Assembly (NCBI RefSeq): GCF_006345805.1
Contig: NC_043008.1
Span: 37,572,001 to 37,636,000, forward strand
DNA: 64,000 nucleotides
Source of the DNA: Octopus sinensis
Lineage: Eukaryota
Reading direction: 5' to 3'
The translations under genes and the position numbers were made by a program. This document shows positions 27,552-40,500 of this stretch, piece after piece; within the stretch, counting starts at the first letter, position 1, and every line of letters starts with the position of its first letter. The notes under the pieces were generated by a model. That model saw only the letters and a program-made list of their open reading frames with translations, did no database searches and had not been told where the DNA came from.

Positions 27552-27635
27552 ATCTAGATCGATGGATGTGTGCATTTCAGAGTAGCTATCTCCTTTTTAG
27601 CATCGATCTGGGTAGATGGTGGCATTGACTGAACT
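27552..27635. repeat. Isolated central hairpin of the 25066-25402 fold-back family
   Basis: catctagatcgatggatgtgtgcatttcagagtagctatctcctttttagcatcgatctgggtaga closely matches 25201-25270. Confidence 0.85.
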
Positions 27636-28309
27636 TTGCCCAGACTATTCTTATATATATATACATATATATTATAGATAGATAAATAGGGAGATAGAAA
27701 GAAGGAGAGAGAGGGAAAGAGAGAGAGATGGATAAGTAATGAAGAATTAATATCCTTCAAAATGCAACAAAGCTACTTCTTTGTGCAAAGGCTTTTAGCA
27801 GAGAACTCAGTGAGTATGAAAATATATCCAGAATCTTTATTCAGACATATACATAATGCACTAAAACAACTGCACTTGAATATTGGGCCATTGCTTTTTA
27901 GATATAAAATACATAAATACTTCAGCCAGATGCATGCATTTCTACAGACCACTCGGTGGAAAGGTTTACAGGAAAACATTATTGCACTTCAGCAGAATTT
28001 ATTTCTATTAATTGGAGGATGGTAGTTTCTTAGCAACCTGTAAAGATTTTTATATGCTAAACAGGTCACATAAAAATTGTAGAACTATGGTATCTTCCAT
28101 ATCTTCTAGGAAATACTCACCACATTGTGCATTGTGTGTGTATGTGTGTGTGTGTGCCTGCATGTGTCTGTGTGTGTATTGTCTAGTGAATGTTTCAAAA
28201 AAAGATGGGTGAATGGAGCAAGGATGGCATGTATGAACGACAAAGCTACCTTGAGCATAATCCTATGAACCCGGAAAAATTTAAAACAGAAAGTTACTTA
28301 CTTGCAAAT

Positions 28310-28595
28310 AAATGTGTTAACATATGACATTATTGACCAAGGTTACCGTGGTCTTTTCTGTAGGCTTTTCTTTCCACGGATAAACCTTATCTGTTTCCCT
28401 CTTTATACTTAACATCATGACATTTCTGTGATACACGATCCCTATTGATCATTTTTTTTTCCTTTTTACGATCCCTTTTGATTGAAACCTACCCCCTGCT
28501 TTTTATTTATTTATTTTTTTCTCCCCAAAAAGAAAAACTCTACTTTGTAATTTGTCCCCTCTGTGTTCAGCCCTGTGTGGCTAATAAAGAAACAA
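28310..28595 (+). mobile_element. SINE-like repeat with an S2-type tail
   Basis: Ends ttgtcccctctgtgttcagccctgtgtggctaataaagaaa, as do the S2 tails at 2372, 10532 and 43285. Confidence 0.55.
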
Positions 28596-28600
28596 ATATA

Positions 28601-29540
28601 TATTGGGTCATTCCATAAATGATGTGGGTTTTTTTATACTTCTTTTAATTTTCAAGATTAAGTTAAACAAAGTTCTTTTTTAATCTAAAATATATTCTCC
28701 TACATTTTCTACAATGCTCTTCCATCTTTCTAGTAGACTTGCAAGGCCCTTCTTCCAAAATTCACTGTTGGTAATGAAAAATACTCCTCCAGTTCTATTC
28801 AGACCTCATCTACAGGATTCATATTTTTTCCATCCAAATGATTTTGAAGGCCGCAGAATAAATTATAATCAGATAGAGCAATGTCCAGTGAATATGGTGG
28901 ATGGAGCATCGTTTCTCATCGAAACTTCTCCAGCCTTTGGAATGTCCTCCTTGCTGTGTGTGGCTGAGCATTATCCTGATGGAAGAACACCTTTCATCTT
29001 GAAACCAAAGAGGGTCGTTTTGCTTCTGGTGCTGACTTATGCTGCTCAAGCTGCTCACAGTAGATCTCCTTAGTTATTGTTTGGTTTGGGTTTAAAAGTT
29101 CAAAGTGGACTAAACCTTTCATATCCGACCAAACAGATAATAACACCTTAAATTTGAAAGACCTTCTTTAGCCTGGGGTGCTGGTGTATTTTCTTTCCCT
29201 ACCCACTGTCTTTGGTGCATGACATTTTTATAGAGAACCCATTTCTCATCACCAGTCACTATTCAGTCCAAAACAGGTTCATTTGTGAGATGTAACAGCA
29301 AAGAATATCATACATTCATTCTCAGCATGTGATTAGATTCAGAAAGTTTGTGAAGAACCCATTGACCCAATTTGTTAACTTTTCTGATGACATGCATATG
29401 TCAATGAATGGTTGAATGACCAAATCCAAGCTTCTTTGCTAGTTTCTCAAAAGTTGATGCAGGTAGTTGATCCTGTCCCCCTCTGACTTCTAGTTCATGC
29501 AATTGAAAAAAACCCATAGTATTTATGGGCTGACCCAATA
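28601..29540 (-). mobile_element. Mariner (D,D34D-type) transposon, deleted and defective
   Basis: TIRs TATTGGGTCATTCCATAAAT (28601-28620) and ATTTATGGGCTGACCCAATA (29521-29540) match 18/20 in a TA context. Minus strand IVTGDEKWVLYKN, HQDNAQPH and HPPYSLDIALSDY. Confidence 0.93.
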
Positions 29541-29903
29541 TATATATGTGCATATACTGTATGTATATATGTATGTATATATATATATATTAAATGTTAA
29601 TAAGAATTATCTCCACTACAAAGTAGCTCTCAATGTTGGATTATACGATTGCTGGTAGCCATGCTTAATTCATGGAGAGAAAATTTCCATATAGATAAGT
29701 TAACATTTCTTTTTACTAACATTTCTTTTTCCTATTTTTATTCCACATTTCTGTTAATTATTTACTAAAGTTAGTTATATAATCTTAGTTTGTCATGTCT
29801 TTATATAGGATGTAAATAGCAAAATAAGTTCACATAAGATAGACCTGAAGATTGGCAATATAATTGTTTTAATATGATATTGTATAGAGACATTCTATTT
29901 CAG

Positions 29904-29932
29904 CAATATCGAGGAATATGTTGTCATGAAAC
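29904..29932 (+). other. Candidate 29-nt micro-exon
   Basis: cattctatttcag|...AAC|gtatgt; open as (S)NIEEYVVMK. Splice-signal inference only. Confidence 0.3.
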
Positions 29933-30516
29933 GTATGTAGTCTAGAGAATGTAATGTATATGATTTGTAATAAGAAGTGAAGGTATTAATTTTGATAATT
30001 TGGAATAAGAATTGTAGGTATTAGTTTTGATAATTTTAATATTTAGTCCTATATGCACATATTGTGGATAATGTCATTCAATGAGTTGCTTGAGGGTGAT
30101 TCTGTCTCTTAAACCTATCTATCTAGCTATCTACCTACCTATATATATATATATATATATCCCTCTTCTTGCTCTATTAGAGAATTTGAGTAAAATTATA
30201 TGACAATTTTAGAAAGAACTTTCCTGCTTCCCATAGATACAACAGAATTCTTTCCTGGAAAAAAAAATCTCACACTCTACTCTCCTTAATATGGGTACCA
30301 TCATAGCAAGGTTAAAAAGAAAGAATATTAAATTATCAAGTGGTAATAATAACAATAATGTCAACACTAACTTAAACCCCTACAAGATGAATAATAATAT
30401 ACAGGTGACACTATGTATGCATAATACTCTTAGGTCTAATCTATCATTAACCAGATTTCTGTTGTCCCTATATTGAAAAATTTCATAAATTTCCATAGAG
30501 CACAGCTCACACTCAT

Positions 30517-30630
30517 ATGAACGAAAACAAAAACATGGAAGAAAACAAAATGTATGGTCAGTTTGCAAGAGATGTGAATGCCAAAACAGATACAGAGGAC
30601 CGGTGGCTATGGATGAGGAGGAGTGACCTT
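30517..30630 (+). pseudogene. R4/Dong-like fragment
   Basis: ENKMYGQFARDVNAKTDTEDRWLWMRRSDL resembles the K.LHGQY...WL...L segment of R4/Dong C-termini. Confidence 0.6.
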
Positions 30631-31169
30631 TTTCTTTCCTTCAGTTCCAAAATTACCTTTAACTGGTAATTAACATCTTGATTTAGGGTCTTCCACTACC
30701 CAGCCTCCTTTATAGACTATAACTTATACATTTTCTAAATCCTGACAATATTTATGACCATACCCAACTATAAACTGTCAACTCACTCTGTCTATCCATC
30801 TTAAACAGACACTGCCCTCTAGCCTTAGATTTGGTAGTTGATAAAAAAAAGACTAATAAATTAAAAGTGAACCACAAACATTTACAGGCTATGACCTTAA
30901 GAAACTTCATACAGTTCTTAGAAGTGTAGTATAATCTGAGTCACATTAGTAGCAGCATGGACTTTCTCCCTCTTCTTGCTCTGTTAGAGAATTTGAGTAA
31001 AATTATATTAATGTGTCCAACTGATTGAAAAATTCTATTTATTTATTCATCTGAGGATCGCCCTGCATTTAAATTGATGTAATGATTGCATTGTTCAATT
31101 AAATGGAGCCACTTGAAATGGTTGTACTGCATCACCTCCTGATATCCTGTTGCTTATTTTGATTTTATA

Positions 31170-31248
31170 TACATACATGCATACATACATATATACATAC
31201 ATACATACATACATACATACATACATACATACATACACACACACATAT

Positions 31249-31290
<42 letters not shown>
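31170..31290. repeat. (TACA)n/(TA)n microsatellite
   Basis: Directly visible. Confidence 0.95.
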
Positions 31291-31293
<3 letters not shown>

Positions 31294-31335
31294 AATAAAT
31301 CTCTGAGCGAGGTATAAACAGTAACTGCTCTTTAA

Positions 31336-31600
31336 TATAAGTGGGATCAGCCATCTGAATGTGGCTAGGGACAGGGCGGGGTGGTGGGGGTGTTACTGAT
31401 GCATTTAGCCCCAGGCGACTATTGACGTCACTAGAAGAGCCGACACCATCACGGTGTCCTTGCTGGCCTGCAAAGGGAGATCCGTGATGGTGTCGGCTCT
31501 TCTAGTGACGTCAATAGTCGCCTGGGGCTAAATGCATCAGTAACAACCCCACCACCCCGCCCTGTCCCTAGCCACATTCAGATGGCTGATCCCGCTTATA
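31336..31600. mobile_element. Young GC-rich fold-back element with 119-bp arms
   Basis: 31336-31454 is the reverse complement of 31482-31600 with 2 mismatches; 27-nt loop; TA-flanked. Confidence 0.9.
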
Positions 31601-31799
31601 TATATATATATATATATATTTAAAATCAAGTGTAAAAATTTACTAAAATGGACAGAAAACCTTTATTTCTTCAGCAGAATGATAGAATACCTGTCATGTT
31701 TACAGGCAATGTGAGTGCAAGTCACAAGGACAGCTTTTGTCTTTTTCTGTCCAAAGGGTTTTTCAACCAATAATTTGCGATATTTTTTATAGTTTTATA

Positions 31800-32020
31800 T
31801 AAGGTGGTGTGAGCTGGCAGAATCTTTAGCATGCCAAACAAAATACTTTGCAGCATTTTGTTCATTTTTACATTCTGAGTTCAAATTCCACTGAGGTCGA
31901 CTTTGCTTTATATCATTTCATGGTCAACGAAAAAAAGCCTCAGATAAATGCTGGGGCTGTTGAATTGGTTTTCCCTTCCCTCAAAAACTGCTGGCCCTGT
32001 GCCAAAATTTGAAACCATTA
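31800..32020 (+). mobile_element. SINE family S2
   Basis: gagctggcagaatc.ttagc...cattctgagttcaaattcc.ctgaggtcgactttgc...tgtgccaaaatttgaaacc. Confidence 0.8.
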
Positions 32021-32907
32021 TTTATAACTTTATATATATACTTTGAGAAGCAATTCCAGAGTAATTATTCCATGTTCTTTCTAAATTTCATAAATTCTTA
32101 TTATGTCAACAACATCAAATTTTTGATGGTAAGAATGAAATTTCCAAAACGTCTAGAAAAGTTTGAAGGATTGTTTTGTACAATGGTAGAATGCCAGGCA
32201 TATCTACATGAAAAGGGAATTCAAATCCCACTGGCAGCATTTGACTTTTTCTACTTTTTCTATCCAAAAAGGGTTTACAACCTAATATTCATATGGTATT
32301 TTTCATAGCTGTATATGTACTTCAAGAACCAATTCTAAAACGAATTATATGTATTTCTTATTGTTTTTATTACTTGGTCTGGTGGAACATACTGTTCTCA
32401 CAGACTTTGTAGCCTCTCCAAGACTGGTGAGGTTGATGCCACTAACATTATCATTCCACTAAGACCGTTGTAAGTTGATAACAATTGGAATAACATGTTT
32501 TAGGAAAGAATTATGTTATGACTTTCTAGAATTTAACATGCTGGTCATTAAATAGGTTGGCTGGTACACACAATATGAGCCATGAAAGTAGAAGAGATAT
32601 ATGAACCATATAGAGGTGATTTGAGGCCAGTTAACTCACAAAAACAGAAATCACAGTAGTAGTGGTAGAAAAGCAGAGAGAAGAGGCAGCACACCTGTTT
32701 TCCAGAGACTGGGGTGTGTTGTTGAGTGATTTCACCATAACAAGTTGAGTGATTTTTTTTTGGTGGGGGAAATGTGGTCTACAATGTTTGTGACACAGCA
32801 GTGCTGTCTCATAAGTGGGGGAAATGCTCTGTTGTGTGTCCCACTTGAGATTTGTAGTGTGTTAATAATTGTTGGAGAACAATACATTTTCTAGAAAAAG
32901 AATAGAC

Positions 32908-33391
32908 CAGTGGTTCCCAACCTGGGGTCCACAGACCCCTGGTGGTCCACAATGGTAGCACTGGGAGTCCATGAACTGAATTCAAAATTTCATATATATA
33001 TACATATATATAGACATTCCATACACCATTCATATTACTGTATTACATCTACCCTAATTGCACCACTCCCAGAACTGCTTACCTCCATTGCATATAATCT
33101 TTTTACTCAGGGACTAGTAAACCCAACACTGTTTGGTAATCAGTGCACATTCAGAGCCAGTGAACAGCAACTGACGAAACCGGTATGACTTTGAAACCCT
33201 TTAACAATTCAAAATAATGACTTTTTTTCATATTAATTCTACCTCAGTTCATCTAATTGTATATATTTATCGTTGCTTTTCATAAAAAAGCCTTTATTTT
33301 TTTATATCCAATGTGCATTTTTGCTTTTTGCTTCTTACTCTCCCCATATTTCTACCACATGTAGTTTATTTTTCTTTTTGAAACCTATTTC

Positions 33392-33451
<60 letters not shown>

Positions 33452-33606
33452 ATACATATATATGTATATATATATGTATATATACATGTATATATATATG
33501 TATATATATGTATATATATATATATATATATAATATATGTATATATCACGTGATATGTATATATATATATGCATATATATATATGTTATATATATATATA
33601 CATGTA

Positions 33607-33685
<79 letters not shown>

Positions 33686-33752
33686 TAAGGAGAAACATAT
33701 TAAAAGGGGCCTGTGGGAAAACTCATTTATATTGAAAGGTTGGGAACCACTG
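32908..33752. mobile_element. hAT (Charlie-like) non-autonomous element
   Basis: Perfect 16-bp TIRs CAGTGGTTCCCAACCT/AGGTTGGGAACCACTG; 8-bp flanks GAATAGAC/GAATAGGT (6/8 TSD); contains (TA)n at 33390-33680. Confidence 0.9.
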
Positions 33753-35711
33753 GAATAGGTTAATCTTCAAGATGCATTCTTTGCTATGTTAGAGATGTGT
33801 GTTCACCAGGAGAAATTCTCAGTGATAGCCAGGCCAAGTGAATGAAGCAATTTTCAGGGATTTTAGTCACATGCTGTTCGTGATTAAGAGGCAGGAGTGG
33901 AGTATGAGTGTTTTCTTATCCAAACCCAAGATCCTGTACTAAATACTATAACTAATAATTTCTTTCTAGAAGATTGGATCTCTGGAAGTTAGACTTAAAT
34001 TTTTTTCCCAAACAGCAACAGTTTAAACAGAAAGTTAATGGCATCAATCACACCAGTTATGGAGGGCTAGGGTTAGGAATAGGGCCAGCAAAGTGCATGA
34101 ATATCACCTCCCTTGCCAGCTCAAACTACGAAATTGAAAACAAAATATGTTTTAGAAAATATCTATACATAAGTCTATGTTTGTAGAGTCAAATGTATCG
34201 TTTGATGTAGTAGAAAATGTATCGTGCAAATGTTCCTGAATTTAAACTCTCTTTGAGTTCCACACTTGTAGAGAGTGGTAGTGTTGCTGAGTATAAAGTG
34301 GCAGAAAATAAGATACAATAAATTGATTTAGCATTCAGCTTAAAAAATGGTTTTTAAATTAAGAACAGAAGAAATGTTGACAATTGACAGATTTTGTGTG
34401 AAGGGACAGTTCTTCTAAGATATGATTGAAAATGAGCAATAGAAAGGCTTGACAATTACTACACCAGCACACACATTCATGTATGGTACACTCCCCGACA
34501 CACACATGCATGCACATGCACACATATGCAACATCATGATGATGTTATATGTGATATATACATATATTTTGTATGTATCCTGTATATATGTATATGTATT
34601 CATTTATCAATCTATATACACACACACATATATATATATGTATGTGTGTGCGTGTGAGAAAAGAAAATAAGATTTTTGTAAATTAATTAGAAATACTAAA
34701 AGACTATAGACACAGATCATCTGTAAAGAATTCCTGTTCCTTTAATGTGACAATGATAAACATTCACTTTACATTGTCTTTATTGCTTTCATTGTTGTTA
34801 ACATTATTAATATGGTTGTCTTTATTTTCCTTTTTGTTTTTATCATTATCCTATCACAATATTGTTTAAAGTATTATGCCATTATGTATTTGTTTTAAGT
34901 TCACTTTGTTTCTCTCCCACAAATTGTTATGTGCATAGAATATATTGAAAGCTGTGACACAGTCAAATGCGTAAGCTTACAAATTACTGTGATGTACTTT
35001 GTGAAACTTCCAGTTTACTCAATATAACAATAGTTAAAGCACTCTTTGTTCTATCTTTTTTGTCATTGTTTTTTTCCCTCCTTTTCTCATGTTATCTGTC
35101 AATTTTCTCTCTACATCTTGTTGTAATTATTAACTATCTAATAGAATTTTATCTATGTACTCTATAAACCAAACTTTGTCACATGCTATAATTTTTAGTG
35201 ATGTATTTAAAGTAAATTATAAACGTACAAATAAGTATTTAAACAAACAAATACTAAAATATGTATGGAAATGCAATGAAATGAAAAGCCATTGAAATAT
35301 CAAATAAAAATGGAAAGTTTAAAATGAACAAGTTGATATAATTATACAGTTCTTCTGGCTGTAGACAATTTTGCTTGTTATAATATAGAAATATTGTATT
35401 TATGTAGTATATATTTAAAGCTATTTAAATTGTTTTAGAAATATTCTATTTTCTGGCAAGATATTGCATTATTTAAAATCACATACCACTGAGGTAGGTT
35501 CGGTATAGTTAATTGATCTGCTAAAAACAGATGCCAAATCACCATCAAAATATATTCTTATTGCTATTTAAGAAAGATGAAGGACACATTAGATAATGTA
35601 ATTCTAGTCACACATTCTTTCTTTCTTCATGTACCATACCTACAAGCATCAACTATCAAAGACCTTCAGGCTAAAGACCAAAGATTCAGGATTTTTTTTG
35701 AGTAAGATACA

Positions 35712-36110
35712 GTAGTGTTGTTCTGTTGCTTTCTGCCAGCTTATTTGTTGTTGGATAGTTTGATAGGGGCTTGCAAGCAGGAGAGCTGCACCAGAATCAA
35801 GTTGTCTGCTTTGGCATGGCTTCTAAAGCAGGATGCCCTTCTTTATACCAACCACTTTACAGAGTGTACAAGATGCTTTTTATGTGGTACCAGCACTCAT
35901 GAGCTTACAAGACATGGACCCCTCAGCTGAGGGAGGGAGGGGAATCAAGAGATTAGAATATGATAGAAGGACAGAGAACTCTTACTATTGAGGGGATATT
36001 TGATTACCTCGGTAGAACAAAGAAGGAGAGGAAGGTGTGAGAGAGTTAGAACGAGAGATAGAGAGGCATTCAGGGTGAGAGAGAAAGGGCCTGCCCACAG
36101 GGAACAGTGG
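35712..36110 (-). mobile_element. RTE-type 3' UTR fragment
   Basis: ctgcaccagaatcaag...ggatgcccttct...ccaaccactttacagagtgtac motif shared with the other RTE tails. Confidence 0.6.
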
Positions 36111-36116
36111 AGTTAG

Positions 36117-36154
<38 letters not shown>

Positions 36155-36156
<2 letters not shown>

Positions 36157-36790
36157 ATAAAAGGGCTTAGTAAAATAAATTACTTTGCCACATACTGAAC
36201 TCATTAGAAATAGCAGCCAAAAAAAAGAGATTTTTTAGCCATTTCTAATACTTAAAGAAAATTTCTCTCAGATAGTGTTTACTCAAAATAACCCACGAAG
36301 GTATGGGGGTAAAAACATTAAAAAATCACAAGTGCAAAGATTATTTGAGAACATACGTTTCTAGATCAGCCAAATACAATTCGACATTTCTTTCGTCAGC
36401 CCAAAATTTCTTAATTCGGATTTGGAAACACTGAAAGTAGGAGCATACCCTTTTGGCGACTTTTCACCTCAGAAGAACCGTTCAAACTAACAGTGCCAAC
36501 AAATTCAAAATATGCAAGCGAAGAATTCCTGCTCTCCCCCTTCCACCCACGTGGGTCAGACTAGTAAACACCATATTTTATCGGTGAAAACCGAGGCATT
36601 AAACAGAGAAATGAATTATAATTTCAACAATTGAGGGTAAAATTAATTAGCTATTAATCAATTTCACCAAGTATTCAGTATATATATAAATATATATCAT
36701 ATTAGGGAGTATAACTCCAAACATACAGGGAAAAATTCAATTTATTATCAAATCAAATTTCACACTATAAATATATAAAATGATCATTCA
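36155..36790. mobile_element. Unclassified interspersed repeat, possibly Penelope-like
   Basis: CpG-richer block between (TA)n runs that resembles a recurrent octopus repeat from memory; no second copy in the window. Confidence 0.35.
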
Positions 36791-36909
36791 TTTTTATACT
36801 TTTTGAGATCTAGTTATATGTTATTTATGTCTTGCTTTATGTCTATCACTGTTTGAGTTGCACACTAGTGGTTTTATCTTTAATTTATATATATATATAT
36901 ATATATATA

Positions 36910-37790
36910 TGAGGGGTACCCAAAAGAAGCCAGTATTGTGCAATAAAATTTTAATCACTTAGTTTTACATGTTTACACTTTTATTTTCTTCAGAGTATTC
37001 TTCATGTGTCAGTCCAGACACATTTCCCCCTATTTTAAGTAGTGCTGAAACTCTTACAAAATGATGCCTTTCAATGCCTCTGTTGTTTTTTTACTTCACC
37101 TCTTCTACATCTGCAAACTCCGTAGCACCAGCTTTTATCATCAGTGATGACCTTTGTAAAAAGGTCTGGGTCAACTTCCAGCTGTTCTTTCAGTTCATGA
37201 CATGCGTTCAGTCGTGAATGTTTTTGATCTTCTATGAGCAAACGAGGCACAAATTTTGCTGCAATTCTTTTTATTTACAATTCCTCACTCAAAATTCGTT
37301 AGCAGGAACTCCTGGACACACAGTCATATCAACAAGTTCAACAACTGTTTCGTGACGGTCCTCCAAGATCAGTTCATGAATGTTCATGATGTTTTCTTGT
37401 GTTCAGGAGGTCGAGAAACATCCTGAATGAGGTTGGTCATCAAGTGGCAAGTGACCATTCAAAGCATGAAAACCACTCATAAACTTGTGTTTTGCTTGTA
37501 AGCTGTTTGAAGCATGACAACTGTTTTGGTCACTCTGTTCCCTAGCAGAAAACAGAATTTCGTGGAAGCACACTGTTCCTTTGTTTCAGCCATTGCAAAG
37601 GTCAATGAACAGGGGAGAAGCACTGTGAAACAAAGATGCACCATGTGGCAGTAGGAATACAGATGATGCTGCCAGTCAGCAGACTGATGCCTGAAGGTTG
37701 CATCAAGTGGCTTCTTGCAGCAGAAGCCTGAACTACCACTTGTTTGTCCCAGAGAGAATGTTTCTAGTTACTTTTGAGTATGCACACTCA
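36910..37790 (-). mobile_element. Mariner transposon relic with internal deletion
   Basis: Left TIR (T)GAGGGGTACCCAAAAG, degenerate right TIR ctagttacttttgagta. Minus strand ATG at 37593: MAETKEQCASTKFCFLLG...KTQVYEWF...AAKFVPRLL...DPDLFTKVITDDKSWCYG, joined directly to FADVEEVK. Confidence 0.9.
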
Positions 37791-37880
37791 CACACACACA
37801 TCTGCTTGTAAGTATTTATATACATCTACAAATTTGTATTCAGTCATGTAAAATAGAACAGTGTATATTTACACACATGG

Positions 37881-37941
<61 letters not shown>

Positions 37942-38580
37942 AGTGTGTATGTGAGTGTGGGCATGAATGTATATTTGCCCAGTCTAACAACTGATATGAT
38001 GTCACTTCAATAATATACTCAATATCAAATACAAAAGTCATGTAGACCCAAAGGTAAAATTATGAGTTATTACAAGGAAATTGTTTTCCTGAGTCAGGTT
38101 AAAATTTGTTTTTCTTATTTTGCTAATGCACCTTTCATAAATGTATCATAAAAGATATGCAAATTCAAATTTGAAAAATATTGGAAAAAGGAAGAGAATA
38201 TATTAAGAAATCTCAGAATGCTTAATCATGTATTTGTTTACACTAATTGGTGTATAATCAAAGTATTTACAAAACATGTTTAACTTATAAGATACTGAAC
38301 TACTATAAAAATTAAGAATTCTACTGTCATTCATTGAAAATTATGTTTACCTTTACACTATTGAAAGTTAATTACCAGTGTATATTCTTATAGACATATG
38401 CATATTTATACACACACACACACATTATACATATATTTATTTAGACTAAACCTATCTTTACACATTCTCTCTAGTAATACAAATGTTTGTAACATCTGCA
38501 TTCTGTGTGAATCTAGAATACACATTCAAAAGTATGAATGTGTAAATATATGCGTGTGTATGTAAAAGGGGGGTATGTGA

Positions 38581-38627
<47 letters not shown>

Positions 38628-38645
38628 TGTGTCATGTGCACATGT

Positions 38646-39470
38646 AATGGAAGTGGGATGGTGAACATTCAATGCTGAAAAGTAAAATCAAACAGCGTTT
38701 CAACTCTGTGTATTTGGTATTTACTTACCAGCTCTTGTATTTAGTCATGGCCAGCTTTATGTGGCCTTAAGTTGGACAAGAAGGAAGGAAAACTTAAAAA
38801 TTCCTTTGAAGGAAACAAGCAGTCAAAGGATGTTTGTTGCCGATAGATTTTTCATAAGTTTGGTAATAAAAGAATTATTAAACTAAAAACTTGGTTTTAT
38901 ACCTTATCTACTATAATAATACTCTTGTGTTTTTCTCTGTCACAGCATATGAATAAGAAAGGAAGGAGTGATGGCAAACTTCGTAGTGGGATGATGGAAG
39001 CTGTACGGTTAAAAAAGATTATTTCAAACAACGTTTGAACTCTTTATGAGTTTATGTGTGTGTGTGTAAAAGAGAGGTATGTAAATGTTTGTGTGTGTGC
39101 ATGTGTGTATGTGTGTGTGCGTGTGTGTGTGCAATGGAAGTGGGATGGTAAACATTCAACGCTGAAAAGAAAAATCAAGCAGTGTTTCAACTCTGTGTAT
39201 TTGGCATTTACTTGTCAGCTCCCGTATTTTGTCACGGCCAGCTTTATGTGGCCTTAAGTCGGACAACTAAGCTAAAAGCATTAGATTCCTTGGAAGAAAG
39301 CAGCGAATGCATATGAAAACAAGGACAGAAAAAAACAGAGAATATTACACAAATACAAATAAGAGGACATAACAATAGGTGTCTTTTGACTAGGGACGAA
39401 TTAAATTAAGCTGGCATGTGTGGAAATAAAGCCTTATGGCAGGAATACAAGATTTCAAAGGCACAGGGAA
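38646..39470. repeat. Direct duplicate 134-bp segments (38646-38779 and 39133-39266), each after a (TG)n run; the second continues to about 39470
   Basis: aatggaagtgggatggt.aacattcaa.gctgaaaag.aaaatcaa...gccagctttatgtggccttaagt.ggacaa is present twice. Confidence 0.85.
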
Positions 39471-39479
39471 GAATATAGA

Positions 39480-40500
39480 TGTTCTCCCTCTCTCACTTTT
39501 CCCTGTCTTCTCCTCTTGCTCACTTCCCCTCTTCTTTTCACTTCACTGTGTCCCTGTCATCTTTTCTCGCTCCTCCTCAATGCTTCTGTCCCTTTGCCTC
39601 TACATCTCTCTCTTCTCTCCTCACCTGACCAGTGTTTGGCCAAGCCTGATCTTTCTTCCTTGGTTTGACCATCGTCTATGAAACATTAATGTGTTCCCAT
39701 GAGGATGGCTTGATGTTTGTTTGAGCCAGGGTCCATTTGAGTTGGTCTTTAAAACAGAATTTCGGGCCTCCTCCGGGTCTTGTTCTAAATGCAAGTTCTT
39801 CATAGAGCATGATCTTCAGTAGATGAGAGTGATTCATACACTGGACATGACCTGCTCAGTAGAGACGATTGTGAAGAATGGTGGCTTTGATGCTTGGTAG
39901 GGAGTTGTGGTGAAGAACCTCGTTTTGGAATGTGATCTTACCACCGTATGTTGAAGATCTGTCATAGCTTGGATTGCTGGAAGCATTCAAGGCACTTGAA
40001 ATCACGGCAGTACAGCGTCCAAGTCTCACAAGTGTAGAGAAGAGTTAACAGGACAATGGCATGAAAACCATGATCTTTGTCTGGATGGTCAGCGCGTGAT
40101 TAAAGAATACACGGCTGAGTCTACTGAAGGTGGAGTGGGTTGCCCTGATCTGGTGCTCTATGTCCTTTACACAAGTGGGAATCTTTGAAAGGATACTCCC
40201 AGGGTATGAGAAGTGTTCAACTTCTTCTAGGAGTTGGCTGTTGATGCTAATATTTCTGGGTGGACTGTTCTGGCCTGGTGCAGGTTGGATCAGGTTCTTG
40301 GTCTTTAATGTGTTTACCTGCATCCAGAAGCATTTTTAAGCCACATTGTAAAGATTGGCTGTCCTTTGTAGGCCATGTGTGGTCCAGTTCAGGGTGGCAT
40401 TGTCATCAGCATACTGCATCTCACAGACTGAGATGGCAGAAGTCCTTGTCTTTGTGTCAAGATGTGAGAGATTGAAGAGATAGTGCATGTTGATGGAAGG
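39480..40500 (-). pseudogene. RTE LINE reverse transcriptase relic
   Basis: Minus strand ...VCEMQYADDNA (YADD at 40402-40413)...NTLKTK...LEEVEHFSYPGSIL...LLYTCETWTLY; stops and frameshifts. Confidence 0.92.

Noticed and set aside
33974-34186. 70-aa ORF with a GLGLGIG motif
   Set aside because: No recognisable domain, no convincing donor site and no supporting neighbours.
36350-36415. Minus-strand CTGACGA...GAAACGTA
   Set aside because: Stem I does not pair and stem II is at most 3 bp, so it is not a credible hammerhead.
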